Of a stretch of 64,000 bases of DNA, positions 47,001-56,800 are shown in pieces; the first letter of the stretch is position 1, and the number at the start of each line of letters is the position of its first letter. The stretch is from sequence record PP761450.1; one strand, written 5' to 3'. The notes under the pieces are model-generated. The model saw only the letters and a program-made list of their open reading frames with translations, had not been told where the DNA came from and did no database searches. The position numbers were made by a program, and so were the translations under genes. This stretch comes from Escherichia phage LHE287.

Positions 47001-48862
47001 GTGAAGTTAGAGGTGACGTCAGCGCCATTTGCGTTCTTCACGCTGATCAGCTTGTAACCATCATGGTTCCCAAGTTGTGCGCTGGCCGCCGCAGTAAACG
47101 TCACAGTCTCGGTGACTTCGGTAACAGTCTTGGTCTTGATCGTCGCTGTGGTGCGGACCATCAATGCCAACAGGTTGATAGACTGGTTGGCGTACCCCGC
47201 GCCCAGGGAAATCTGTAGTGCTGAACCAACCGGAGTACCAGCCAGGGACAGTCCCGAAGAGATATCAAACTGAGCTGCAGTGCCATCTGCCTTCGCTGCG
47301 GAGTACAGTGAAAACTCAGGGCTGAAGCTGTAACCCAGAGGAGCAGAGATTGAGCCTGCACCAGCGGCGTTCAACGTGATCTTGTTTGACCGCAGGACAG
47401 TGTAGTTGATGTCGATGGTGCCTGTAGGTGCTAGAGTCTTCACACCAAATACAGGAAGAGGGAAGATCAGGTCAATCGCCGAACTCTGGCTGAACTGATT
47501 GGACTCCAGTTCGCAAGAGAACATGGTTGTGCCGCTTTCTTCGTATGCAACTTTGGTAACAGTACCCATGTCCCCAGTCACAACCAGGTCGCGCATATAC
47601 AGACGGAATTCAGTACCAGAGCGCTCTGCCGAAATCAGCAGGGCGGTGGCCTGCACATCGCTGGATGCGTTCAGGAACTTGTAGCGGATTGTGCGGGAGA
47701 CAACCGGAACCCCTTTGGAGTTCTTGGACACCAGATAGTTGCCAGTCGAAACAGCCACAGGGTTGTTGTTCAGGATATCAGTGTCACGGGCTTTGTCAAT
47801 TATGACCAGCTCTTCGCCGAGGTTTTCGATACGACGACCACGAACGTAGGATATCCCTGGCTTCATAACCGCCACGAATTTGCTTTCGTCGCCACCTTCG
47901 GCCGGAGTGTATACGCCACCGTTGTTGTTCTGTTTCAGATGTTCACGCAGGTCGATCTGGTGAGTAGAGACGTTGTAGTCACCATTGGTCTCATAGGTAC
48001 GCTGAGCCATGGCGTCTTCGAGGATGTTGTACGTTGACTGGGTGACCATGGACTGAATGCGACCGTCTTTCACCTTCGCCAGTTCAACGAAGTCGGCCAC
48101 TTCTTCATCATAACCGTAGCGAGACAACACGAGGTCGACGCGCAGGCGATGCGCACCAGGGGCTTTAGAGTTCGGAGTACCCTGAGCATTGGAGAACAGA
48201 CTTTCATCTTCTGCTTCAGTCACGATTGTTTCTGTAACTTTGAAGCCAATGCGGTGAGATGTAGAGTTCGATGCGTTGTCTACGATCAAAGTGGCTGGTT
48301 CAACATCCAGGAACATACCACGAACGAAATAAACACCCTTTGTCATGCGAGCGACAATCGAACCGCCAACAGTATCGGCCACACCATAGCCGACACGGAT
48401 GAAGTTATCGTTCACGTCATAAGTGTTGAAGTATAGATTGTCGCCAGCTTCGAAACCGTCTGAACTACCACTCTCAGTCATCTCTAAGATGGCATACATT
48501 GTATCCGGCTCAGCTGGATAACGTTCCAAAGACAGGACGCGTGCTTTCGCATTGTTGTCCTTGCCCAGAACATAGAGTTCGGAGATACCTTCCAGATCAG
48601 TGAACTCACTACCACCAGCCAGAGTGAACTTCATGGACACAGCAGTATTGGTGATCGTCAGGCCGCCGGGGATAACCATTGAACCGTCTTTGAACAGATG
48701 GTTGCCAAGTTTCTCCAGTTGATCCTGGAAGATGGTCTGCATCTGGTTCAGTTCACGCGTCTGAACTTTGATAGGTGCCGGACGGAATAGGATGCGCGAA
48801 AAACGCTTCTCTGGATTCCAGTCATCCCAATATGGGCGGCGGTTGAGGTTCATTTCTTGCAT
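44024..48862 (-). CDS. very large virion structural protein (1612 aa; baseplate/fibre-like)
   Basis: Start MQEMNL (48862) with GGAG RBS; CTAAATA late motif at 48897; sits in the structural module. Confidence 0.6.
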   Translation of the reverse strand: MQEMNLNRRPYWDDWNPEKRFSRILFRPAPIKVQTRELNQMQTIFQDQLEKLGNHLFKDGSMVIPGGLTITNTAVSMKFTLAGGSEFTDLEGISELYVLGKDNNAKARVLSLERYPAEPDTMYAILEMTESGSSDGFEAGDNLYFNTYDVNDNFIRVGYGVADTVGGSIVARMTKGVYFVRGMFLDVEPATLIVDNASNSTSHRIGFKVTETIVTEAEDESLFSNAQGTPNSKAPGAHRLRVDLVLSRYGYDEEVADFVELAKVKDGRIQSMVTQSTYNILEDAMAQRTYETNGDYNVSTHQIDLREHLKQNNNGGVYTPAEGGDESKFVAVMKPGISYVRGRRIENLGEELVIIDKARDTDILNNNPVAVSTGNYLVSKNSKGVPVVSRTIRYKFLNASSDVQATALLISAERSGTEFRLYMRDLVVTGDMGTVTKVAYEESGTTMFSCELESNQFSQSSAIDLIFPLPVFGVKTLAPTGTIDINYTVLRSNKITLNAAGAGSISAPLGYSFSPEFSLYSAAKADGTAAQFDISSGLSLAGTPVGSALQISLGAGYANQSINLLALMVRTTATIKTKTVTEVTETVTFTAAASAQLGNHDGYKLISVKNANGADVTSNFTLDGGQRDAAYYLSNLISSTGAISGTFTVVYQYFAHSSGDFFTADSYSSINYPDIPNYVSSSSGTVYGLADSLDFRPKITSGASDTDMVRPNTAIILDAEYYLPRIDAVYLADNGVFNVARGVSSNNLASPAIPDNGMRLYELMIPPYTANIDDIQIRTIDNRRYTMRDIGKLETRISNVEYYTSLSQLESSAMSQQVFDPITGNPRFKNGIAADPFKDFRLIDDLSADWVGSIDTDNGRLRPFVQQNAIDLTPVGWNNVQDGMVVCNYTREISVRQDYATTTINVNPYAVFNWEGFLKLNPTTDYWFENYYVTPRVINETINTRGAIKEGSVYGTWRTVSVSERVWEPHGAGGVWWGYRYRTTVSTRDVTTYTYTDKTTTTLTGEQIVETQVIPYMRKTNINFEATGLRPFTRVYPFFSGRDVSAYCTPNGGVLGGALNTDANGNIKGVFAVPQNETIKFNTGDNVFRLTDSPVDSKSADDTLTNAEAVHKSFGKKQGIQKTYVNTRVLGYTSSKSTENKTETVEVAKWKDPIAQSFMVATNIGGEYIEGIEVFFSTKSRDIPITLEIREMSNGLPATTVVTRKTLNPSEVSVSTDSSVPTMFKFDYPVYLQAQTEFAIVLLANTQDYNAYIAEMGKKNLLTNEFIAKQPYTGVFFTSSNGTTWTPNQTADMKFRVYRCNFSAGSNIVTFDAKVGPKIRPLGLNTVKCVNGSSTVTVYAPGHGLTAGESVTLSGLTGGCGFTPEQLNAQHTVTDATFTTFKFVLSSNADSDGQIGGEAASFLGNYLVDMFYASVTNSALEGSVLKLEYRYRDATSNSFSDWVEFESDTDVSLPTEGIYRQVGDFQVRATMTRNESNVYTAPMIDGDDFTIIFNTYGVDPFEDVFSYVTKDIGFDNPCTTLKQYFGAMLPSQSSMTVQVKLLRAGQEMDNVAWETVTPTSPLVNDGSTFFEYEYDKTVDSTNPFVGLKIRLLVRGNRIAPPSFKDFRLIALA

Positions 48863-48896
48863 TTTGATGCTCCATCGATAGGTGCCATTATAGAGA

Positions 48897-48903
48897 TATT
48901 TAG
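48897..48903 (-). promoter_or_regulatory. late-promoter-like CTAAATA motif
   Basis: 35 nt upstream of the 1612-aa gene. Confidence 0.45.
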
Positions 48904-48933
48904 TATACAACCAACCGAGGAATAGAAAGAAAT

Positions 48934-48949
48934 AAGCCCGAAGGGGCTT
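48934..48949 (-). terminator. UUCG-loop terminator
   Basis: aagccc-gaag-gggctt followed on the minus strand by TATTTCTTTC. Confidence 0.5.
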
Positions 48950-49141
48950 TGATTATCTTTCTGCGGTTATGGTCATGGATTCGAGACCTCTGCCATTTGT
49001 GGTGGTCGCAGCAGAAGCCGTGTCCCTAACATCAATTATTTACCCTCGTTCAGGTCTCGCGTGTACACGCGGACACTGTTGATATCTGACGCCAGAGAAC
49101 TCAGAGTTTCAGAGTACTATCGACATACACCACCCAACTAG

Positions 49142-49480
49142 ATGTTACCTGACACCACACAAGTTGGCATATTGACCTCCGCATTCTTCAGGAACTATTG
49201 CAGGAGGTGCTGGTACAGCAAGAGATGGAGAACGAAAACAAGACGAACCAATGGAACTATGGTAGTATGTTCAGACGCTAGTGTTAAAGTACAAGGTACT
49301 GACATTGCTAACAGGGACAACGTATTAGCTACATACACACTTGGTTCAACTGACCCATTCATGGTGGATGGTATTCAGTTGGGTATGTTTAACATATCCG
49401 GTCAGACTATTACTTTAACTGCTGTATCGGTAAGGGTAATGCAAACAGTTAACTCTATAAAAAGTATTATTAATAAGTAA
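49142..49480 (+). CDS. questionable plus-strand ORF
   Basis: Listed ORF without a convincing RBS; C-terminal 70 aa look protein-like. Confidence 0.3.
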   Translation: MLPDTTQVGILTSAFFRNYCRRCWYSKRWRTKTRRTNGTMVVCSDASVKVQGTDIANRDNVLATYTLGSTDPFMVDGIQLGMFNISGQTITLTAVSVRVMQTVNSIKSIINK

Positions 49481-49483
49481 AAC

Positions 49484-49503
49484 AACCCCGCCGATGCGGG
49501 GTT
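49484..49503 (-). terminator. hairpin terminator after tail spike gene
   Basis: aaccccgcc-gat-gcggggtt followed on the minus strand by TTGTTTTA. Confidence 0.5.
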
Positions 49504-49508
49504 GCAAA

Positions 49509-51482
49509 TCAAACAACCTGAATTATTCCTTGCACATTAGTGATGTTTGTGCCAGCAATGGCAATAGTCATCCTGTTGTTCTCATCATATGTGATAGTCA
49601 TGGGTTTAGCGCCAGATGGTTGCATTAGACCAAAGCTACCAAATAACGTACCACATGCATTTATTGGAGTTCCATTATCAGTAACCAGCAGGTTAATGTG
49701 AACTATATTATATGGGCTACGTACCACCTGAGTGGTAATGGTGGCTCTTGCCGGGTCGCTGGTGTTGACAGTACAGAACGGAACGCTATTACTTGGCAGT
49801 ACTGTGCTAATAGTTTGCCCCGTATATCTCTTAGGGGCTGTACTGCTTTGGCGTAAATTTCGCGCAATAACAGCCCCTGATGAATCCGTGAGTGTTTCAA
49901 TGCGCTTAATCTCCACTCCTTGTCCAACGAGATAGTTACCAGGTATCGAACTGCCATTCTGAATGGTGCTTACGTAATCCTCAATCTCAATGATGAATGT
50001 CTTCTCACCACTACGACCAGTGACTGCAAAATCACCACGCCAGTTAGTTCCTGATGGATGTGCTCCATCCTTAAAGTTGCATGATTTATCAATCCCACCT
50101 GATAAAACAGTTGACGCTTCCAGATGAATCATTTGCCAATGTAAATATGAATTTCTGATATAAAGCCTTTCAACTATTGCTGAAGGATCAACTCGTATCC
50201 CTATTGTGTTTTTCTCAAAGTACCAGTTATGTAATTCAAGGTTTTGAATATTTCCTGAATCAGAACCATAAATATCCACACCACGGACACCATTTTCAGC
50301 TGTGCAAGAATCAAAACAATCTGCTGAGCTAAGACCGGTTATCTTCCAGTTAGTATGGAAACCAGACGCTACGCATTTACGAACGCCCATTGCCTGGATA
50401 TTTGATTCAATCTGGAATGCTATAGACCCATCAGCGCCTGCCGGAGGACTCATTGCGGAGATTTCCTCAATGGTTCCATAGAAGCTGTCTTTAACTATAA
50501 CTGGGTAACGCGTCGCAGTGATGCGAGTGTCCTTGATTGCACTCCCATAAATCATCTGGTACATCTTGTAAGCAGAACCGGCAAATCTGATGCGCCCACC
50601 ACCAATACGCATATCAGGAACAAGGCCAATTGAGCCAACTGAACTAGCAGGAACTGACCAGTTTGATTTAAGTTCCCCTGCATCCCAATAAGCTGACTCA
50701 AAAATAGTGTTTGTGCCAACTACGCCTTGGCTACCATTCCCTTCTATGACTGCGTGGTTTAAATCTATTGAAACTCCACCTGGAACCAGAATTGTCCCCA
50801 TTATTTTAACTACAGATTTTCTAGGCAGCTTTAACTTGATCATCGAGCCGTTTGCTTCTGTTATTGCACTTTGTATTGCGGCAGTGTCATCAGCAACACC
50901 ATTGCATTTAGCACCCCATCCTCTGATGTCACCTTCATCTCGCCATCTTGCAATCTGTAGTGCTGGGTATAGAGATGCACCATTAGGATTTGATATTTGA
51001 TTTCTTAATACAATATCTCCAACACTAACCCACTTACCTAAACCAACGCCACCAGTACTCTCTGGGGTTGAGCCAGCAGAAACGATTTTAGGTAATTCAC
51101 CATCCCAGCGATACTTACCATCAGCAAAGACAACCAGTTCATTCTTAACATTAACGGTTACTCCGGTAGAGAATGACCCAGGTAAAGTCACATACTCTTC
51201 ACGAGTGACAGCTAATTCACCCAAGTCCACATTACCAGCAGAGTGAACTAATACCCCAGCAGGGCTGAGACTTACAGCAGTAACCCCTGAGTCAATACTG
51301 GTTGGTAATGAGTAAGCACGCTGGGTAGTCTTATCATAAATAACTTTGTAACCACCCAAGTCCACACCCACAGCAAAGTAGACTACTTCATTTTGCTTGA
51401 CACCAAACTTACGGGCAATGGCTTGTTTGTTGGTAAGAATACCAGTGGAGCCTTTACCACCTTGTGAGAATAACTCGTTCAT
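49509..51482 (-). CDS. tail spike protein (right-handed beta-helix type)
   Basis: 657 aa; N-terminal module shared with the 1183-aa spike; Asn/Gly-rich repetitive C-terminal domain. Confidence 0.65.
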   Translation of the reverse strand: MNELFSQGGKGSTGILTNKQAIARKFGVKQNEVVYFAVGVDLGGYKVIYDKTTQRAYSLPTSIDSGVTAVSLSPAGVLVHSAGNVDLGELAVTREEYVTLPGSFSTGVTVNVKNELVVFADGKYRWDGELPKIVSAGSTPESTGGVGLGKWVSVGDIVLRNQISNPNGASLYPALQIARWRDEGDIRGWGAKCNGVADDTAAIQSAITEANGSMIKLKLPRKSVVKIMGTILVPGGVSIDLNHAVIEGNGSQGVVGTNTIFESAYWDAGELKSNWSVPASSVGSIGLVPDMRIGGGRIRFAGSAYKMYQMIYGSAIKDTRITATRYPVIVKDSFYGTIEEISAMSPPAGADGSIAFQIESNIQAMGVRKCVASGFHTNWKITGLSSADCFDSCTAENGVRGVDIYGSDSGNIQNLELHNWYFEKNTIGIRVDPSAIVERLYIRNSYLHWQMIHLEASTVLSGGIDKSCNFKDGAHPSGTNWRGDFAVTGRSGEKTFIIEIEDYVSTIQNGSSIPGNYLVGQGVEIKRIETLTDSSGAVIARNLRQSSTAPKRYTGQTISTVLPSNSVPFCTVNTSDPARATITTQVVRSPYNIVHINLLVTDNGTPINACGTLFGSFGLMQPSGAKPMTITYDENNRMTIAIAGTNITNVQGIIQVV

Positions 51483-51506
51483 ATAAACCTCATTGTTTTT
51501 CTAGAA

Positions 51507-51525
51507 AACCCCTCCGAAGAGGGGT
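51507..51525 (-). terminator. UUCG-loop terminator
   Basis: aacccctc-cgaag-aggggt followed on the minus strand by TTTCTAG. Confidence 0.55.
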
Positions 51526-51533
51526 GGATTAAT

Positions 51534-53771
51534 TTAACGCTTAAGTGCTACTACCTGAGAATCAGTAGTAATTTCGAAATAGAATGTACCCGCAGCAGAG
51601 CCAATTGGGGTAGCAATGAGTTCGTTGGAAGAACCAATTGACCAGGTAAAGCTAGGTGTTCCTGCTACATTACCTGACACGTAACCAAGCTGCTTAATTA
51701 ACTCACACTCTTTGCCCGTATCTGCACCGGAACAAACTAGTAGTTTATAAATAGCAACACGACGAGTAGCTGTAGAGGGTGGGTTAACACTGGCGACTAT
51801 AGTTACTTCACCGGCAAACGACTCAGTGCTTGAGTCAGAATTATTACCGTGACCCTGGGTACTTCTCAGGTTACATACTGCTACCGGTCCTGATACGCCA
51901 GACTTCTGTGTATAAAGTGTATGGTGTACCCAATCAATATAACCACCATTACGAGATTGCCAACCATTCGGTAGAACACAGTTATCTACAATAACTACAG
52001 TTTCATTACCATCAGCAATAATATCTGGGGTTGTGCCAATACTGGCGTGGGCTGTACTATCCGCTATTCGAACACGGTTGATAGTATTCTGTGCACTAAT
52101 TGCATGAAGCAGGTTTGCATGAGTACCTGAACCGTTGTTGTGACAGAAGGCTCCATGAATAGCAATACTTCTGTTTTCCCCCAAGCTGGAGGATGCTTCA
52201 ACCATAATGCCAGCACCTTTATTACTCTCAGCACCGGGAGCAACCATAACAAAACCTTCTGACTTGGCAATAGCATACCCATGCCCAGCATTCTGATCAG
52301 ATGCTGGAGTAATGGCAGCAGAGTAGTTCATAAATCCGAATCGCCAGCCATTGCCACCGTTCTTCAACTGATACCCTGCAAGGGTTGTAGTGCTGGTTTT
52401 CTGTGCTGTTATTGAGAAGTGGACACCATTACCAGTACATTGGTCAGCAAGAACTTGGTTATAGACGTTAACCCAGCTATTACCTATATACACACCATCC
52501 GATGTAGCAGTGGATACTCTAAGGTTATCAATTGATGTACGGGAAGCAGTTTCAACACGTAACCCGTTGTATCCACCTTTGGTTCCTAAGTCCTTTAGCT
52601 TGAAGCCTTGAACATATTTACCGCTTGGTAGATTAGTATTTAAGATTGCACTTCCTGCTGGGAAACCAGAAGCAGCAACAAGAAGAGTGCTACCCTTACC
52701 TGAACCGGAGATTAAGTATTCATCCCCTGTATCATCTTCACCTGCTGGAACACGGTCAAACACTATTGGGGTATCTAGAGACATTTGTCTACGTGGAAGA
52801 TTGAGACGCCCCCCTATTTTATAGGTTGTGTTCTGCGAACGGAGGAAATCTAATCCAGCGTTAATCTGAATACCCACATCTGAACCAGAAAAGTCATCCA
52901 TAGACAAGGTACGGTCAGTGAGGTCTTCCAGCATTCCCCCAACAGTTCCTTTATTGTATGTTTCTGCTGGGTCATACCCAATCTCACCTGCACCATTAGA
53001 TGCAGACAGATTCTCATAAGAATCCGGAGTAGGAACCAGGTCTACTGTAATATTTCCCGGAGAGTAGGTTAACTGACCACCTGAGACAGACTTAATATAT
53101 ACGTTAGTAGGTAGGTTAGGTAAACCGTAAGCCTTCTGCTCACTAACAGAGAATACTACCTTCTTACCATTAAGAAACTGAGAAGTATCCGTGCTGAGAA
53201 TTACTTCAGAGTCTTTTACGTTAGCAGCACGAGCGATTTCTTGAATACTTCGGTCAAACAACAGACCGATATTCGATTGTTTAACAGACATTTCAGCGAC
53301 TACCCAAACGCCTGCAGTCAGCGCAGTTTGTAAAGACACTTTCCCTGTCGTTCTGTCATAGGAATATTCAATTTCGGGTGTTTTGTACTCACCACCGATA
53401 TAAAGAGATTGGACTCCATAAGATGTGTAATCAGGAGTGAACTCGGTTTCACCTCCTATAGCCTGAAACTTATAGATTCGAATCCCGGTTTTATAATCTT
53501 CTGGAGACAAAATCTTATCAAACAGGCAGAACACAACGTCACCTTTGGATAATGCACGCCCGAGATTCAACGTATTTCCATCGATTTCAAAGTTGTCTAA
53601 CGGAACTTGCATGCCACCGTTGATTGTGACTATACCAGTGACAGGGTAGAAAGGGAGGGAGATAAACTTCTCTCCGCCCGTTGCTGTGTAAGTGTATGGA
53701 ATCTGGTGTGGAGCTGTTACGACCGCTCCAAAGATGCTCTCGACGTTTCTGGTCATTTGAAGATACCCCAT
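51534..53771 (-). CDS. tail spike protein (beta-helix type)
   Basis: 745 aa; late motif CTAAATACCCC upstream; start could alternatively be 53756. Confidence 0.65.
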   Translation of the reverse strand: MGYLQMTRNVESIFGAVVTAPHQIPYTYTATGGEKFISLPFYPVTGIVTINGGMQVPLDNFEIDGNTLNLGRALSKGDVVFCLFDKILSPEDYKTGIRIYKFQAIGGETEFTPDYTSYGVQSLYIGGEYKTPEIEYSYDRTTGKVSLQTALTAGVWVVAEMSVKQSNIGLLFDRSIQEIARAANVKDSEVILSTDTSQFLNGKKVVFSVSEQKAYGLPNLPTNVYIKSVSGGQLTYSPGNITVDLVPTPDSYENLSASNGAGEIGYDPAETYNKGTVGGMLEDLTDRTLSMDDFSGSDVGIQINAGLDFLRSQNTTYKIGGRLNLPRRQMSLDTPIVFDRVPAGEDDTGDEYLISGSGKGSTLLVAASGFPAGSAILNTNLPSGKYVQGFKLKDLGTKGGYNGLRVETASRTSIDNLRVSTATSDGVYIGNSWVNVYNQVLADQCTGNGVHFSITAQKTSTTTLAGYQLKNGGNGWRFGFMNYSAAITPASDQNAGHGYAIAKSEGFVMVAPGAESNKGAGIMVEASSSLGENRSIAIHGAFCHNNGSGTHANLLHAISAQNTINRVRIADSTAHASIGTTPDIIADGNETVVIVDNCVLPNGWQSRNGGYIDWVHHTLYTQKSGVSGPVAVCNLRSTQGHGNNSDSSTESFAGEVTIVASVNPPSTATRRVAIYKLLVCSGADTGKECELIKQLGYVSGNVAGTPSFTWSIGSSNELIATPIGSAAGTFYFEITTDSQVVALKR

Positions 53772-53791
53772 AAAGGATGTCCAATATGGGG

Positions 53792-53798
53792 TATTTAG
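53792..53798 (-). promoter_or_regulatory. late-promoter-like CTAAATA motif
   Basis: CTAAATACCCCATA with inverted copy TATGGGGTAT before the start. Confidence 0.45.
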
Positions 53799-53835
53799 GC
53801 TGAACTAATAAATTTATGAACAAAGGTATAATAAG

Positions 53836-53855
53836 AACCCCGCCAAAGCGGGGTT
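53836..53855 (-). terminator. hairpin terminator
   Basis: aaccccgcc-aaa-gcggggtt. Confidence 0.5.
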
Positions 53856-53859
53856 GGTT

Positions 53860-56800
53860 TTATGTATAAGATGTCTCTGATATGGATATCGCCACTGTTT
53901 TAGACCGCGATGGTGTGCTTCTGTTTACAAAATACACGGTGTGTGTTACCCCCATATCCGCATTTAGTTGGTAGTACTCAGCCCCATAAGGTACTCTGTA
54001 ACTCAGAGGGTGCACAGCAGAAGCTGTTAATGCGCCTGAGTAATTGGGTGCGGACGGTTTTGCGTTCAGGAAGTTATACCATATGGACACTCCGGATACA
54101 GAACCGGTATTGGGCGCTACGCAACTCTTGTCTATGATGCCAGTGTAGATGTTGGCAACCGCGCCGCATTGAACAAGAACAGAACCAACGCCTTTAAGGA
54201 TGGCTCCTTTAAGGTACGCTGGATAGTTACTTGACATGCACGCAATCGTGCAAGACACAAAAGTATCATTTATTGACTCTAAGCCACGGGTGTTATTGTT
54301 TATAGACGTAGACTTGACGAGATAGGCGCAGTCCACATCGTTGAACACATTTGACTCAATATCTAATCTAAAGTTTGTAGATATAGTCACACATGCAACC
54401 ATAACCCCTAAATGAATGTTTCTGAATTTACAATTTTTAATGCTTACACTACGTGTACCCTGTACGTAACCAAAAACTCCAGCAACACCCCCGTTTATTA
54501 GCGCGGTTACTGTACTAGGGAGGTACAGGTCCGCTGTTTTTGTGAAATCTACTAAAGAAGTATAATCAATAGCGGCCCTGCTCTCGTTATAGTAGAACTC
54601 ACAGTCATCAAGATAAATTCTTTGCGTCGGGGCGGACACGAAACCAGCCCAACCGAACGGTTTGGAACCTGTATCATATAAATTAACACAACCAGACGAA
54701 GGAGTGCCAGCACCCCCTACGTAGTAAAACTTATTCCTGCGTAGGTCTACTGTGTAGCTTACCGTATTCTCTATCCCGGCAGATAATCTAATAGTGTTGT
54801 CAGTAAATTGGTTAAAAATAACCCCCAGATTCGTCAAACTGTAACACTCTATGTTGTTATTGGAGATAATATTACCTTTGTTAAAAGCGTAGTCCCCAAT
54901 ACCATGTCGGGCATTTACTTTGTTACCGGTAGCCACGTTGTAATCACAATGAGTGTGGAAGATAAGCCCCCAGTGATATCCTGAAGTAGCTTCTCCATTG
55001 ATTACATTACCAGTAAATACGTTACGGCAGCAGTTCTTAAAGACGATTAGCACTGCATCTTTAATTACCTCTGGAGTAACAAAGCTGTTATTAGAGAAGG
55101 AGTTATGATAACAGTTCCAGGACAACATGAAGGTGTACCCAATATCCAGCGTGTTATTCTCAACCTTGTTAAAGTTAGAGAAGTAACTAATCTCTGGATA
55201 ATTTAAACGACCAGTGCAGTTAGAAATACCACCTCCATAGTTCCTACGGAATCGTAAAACGCCGTCGGTATCTGCCGTACCAGTATTTTCATCTATAAAA
55301 TGGATATTTCTAAAGTGTGCGTGGTTTACCTCGGAGTACACAATAGCGGTAGCTCCAGGAGCAGAAAAGTTGGGCGTTATATCGAGATACGCACGACTAT
55401 TTATGCTGTCATATTTAATCACCTTGAACAGGCAGGAGCGAAGCGTTCCAAAATTGGCGTCATCCTTTGATAGCGACATTATATCTATGGTGTTTGCCGT
55501 AGCAGTTTCTGCGGCCATAACATAGTCAGTTTTACCGTTGGTGATTTCCAGGTATTTCCCTGTCAGGTCCACAGAAGAACTAACCCACGGTTGGTTGTAA
55601 ACTAAATTTACACTCTGTGTGGTGGAAGTGGATGGGCTTGTAAAGAATATTTTTGCACCATCAGCTATTCTAAGAGATGCTTTTATCCTTGCTTTGAATT
55701 CTCCAATACCAAGAGGTAGGGTTATGCTAGTGGCAATGTATGTCGTAGTATAGTCCGGCAGGATGACATATTTAAGGTCGTTAGCCATAGCCTCGATAGC
55801 TGCGGAATCGTCAGTGATGCCGTCGCAAACCGCTCCGTAATCAAGTATGGTTTTCAATTGCTCTAACTGCTCAGCAATAGTCCTGCTAACTGTTCCATCC
55901 CCTTTATTTTTGTTTCCTATGATACTAGCTCCAGAGTTCGAAGCCAGATCGCTTCTTAAGGAAGTATCCCCAACACTAATCCACGCGCCCGAACCTTCCC
56001 CACCAGTTGTCGAAGGGGTTGAACCAGCAGAAACTTCTTTAGGTAATGCACCATCCCAACGGTACTTGCCATCAGTAAAGACAACCAGTTCATTCTTGGT
56101 ATTAACTGTTACACCGGTATCAAATGACCCGGACAATGTGACGTACTCTTCACGAGATACAGCCAATTCCCCGAGATCTACAGAACCCGCTGAATGTACA
56201 AGTACAGCGGAAGAACTAAGACTGACAGCAGTAGTACCAGGGACAATATCAGCAGGCAAGGGATAAGCCCTTTGCGTCTCCTTGTCATAAATAACTTTAT
56301 ACCCACTTAACGCAGCACCAACACTAAAATAAACGACCTCTGTATCTTTAACATTGGTCACACGAGCAACTTCCCGCAAAGTATAATCAATTTGATTATA
56401 GATGTTTGGTGTTCCATTGATAATTACAACAACTTCATCCTCCGGTTCCAGTTCTTGCGCAAGAGTGATTTTACTGGTTAATGGATCGAATGTGAATCCC
56501 AGATTTTTATACTGGCGACTTCCGTTTATATCAATGGCCGGAACATCATCAACAACGACGTCCAACGTGATTTCGGTTTCACCACCAATCGCTGAACCCC
56601 CATTATAGACCCAAGTAATCGTAGAAGAACTAGAACCACCGCCATTACCCAATTGAATAGGAGTATATTCAATCACCTGAAGTTCTGTGTTAGCTGGCAA
56701 AGAAGGACTGAAAGTGATTACATTCCCATCTAGTGAATATTTAGATTCCGCAAGACGTTTCCCATCAGCATACACGTCCACGATTGTTGGTGGAGTATTG

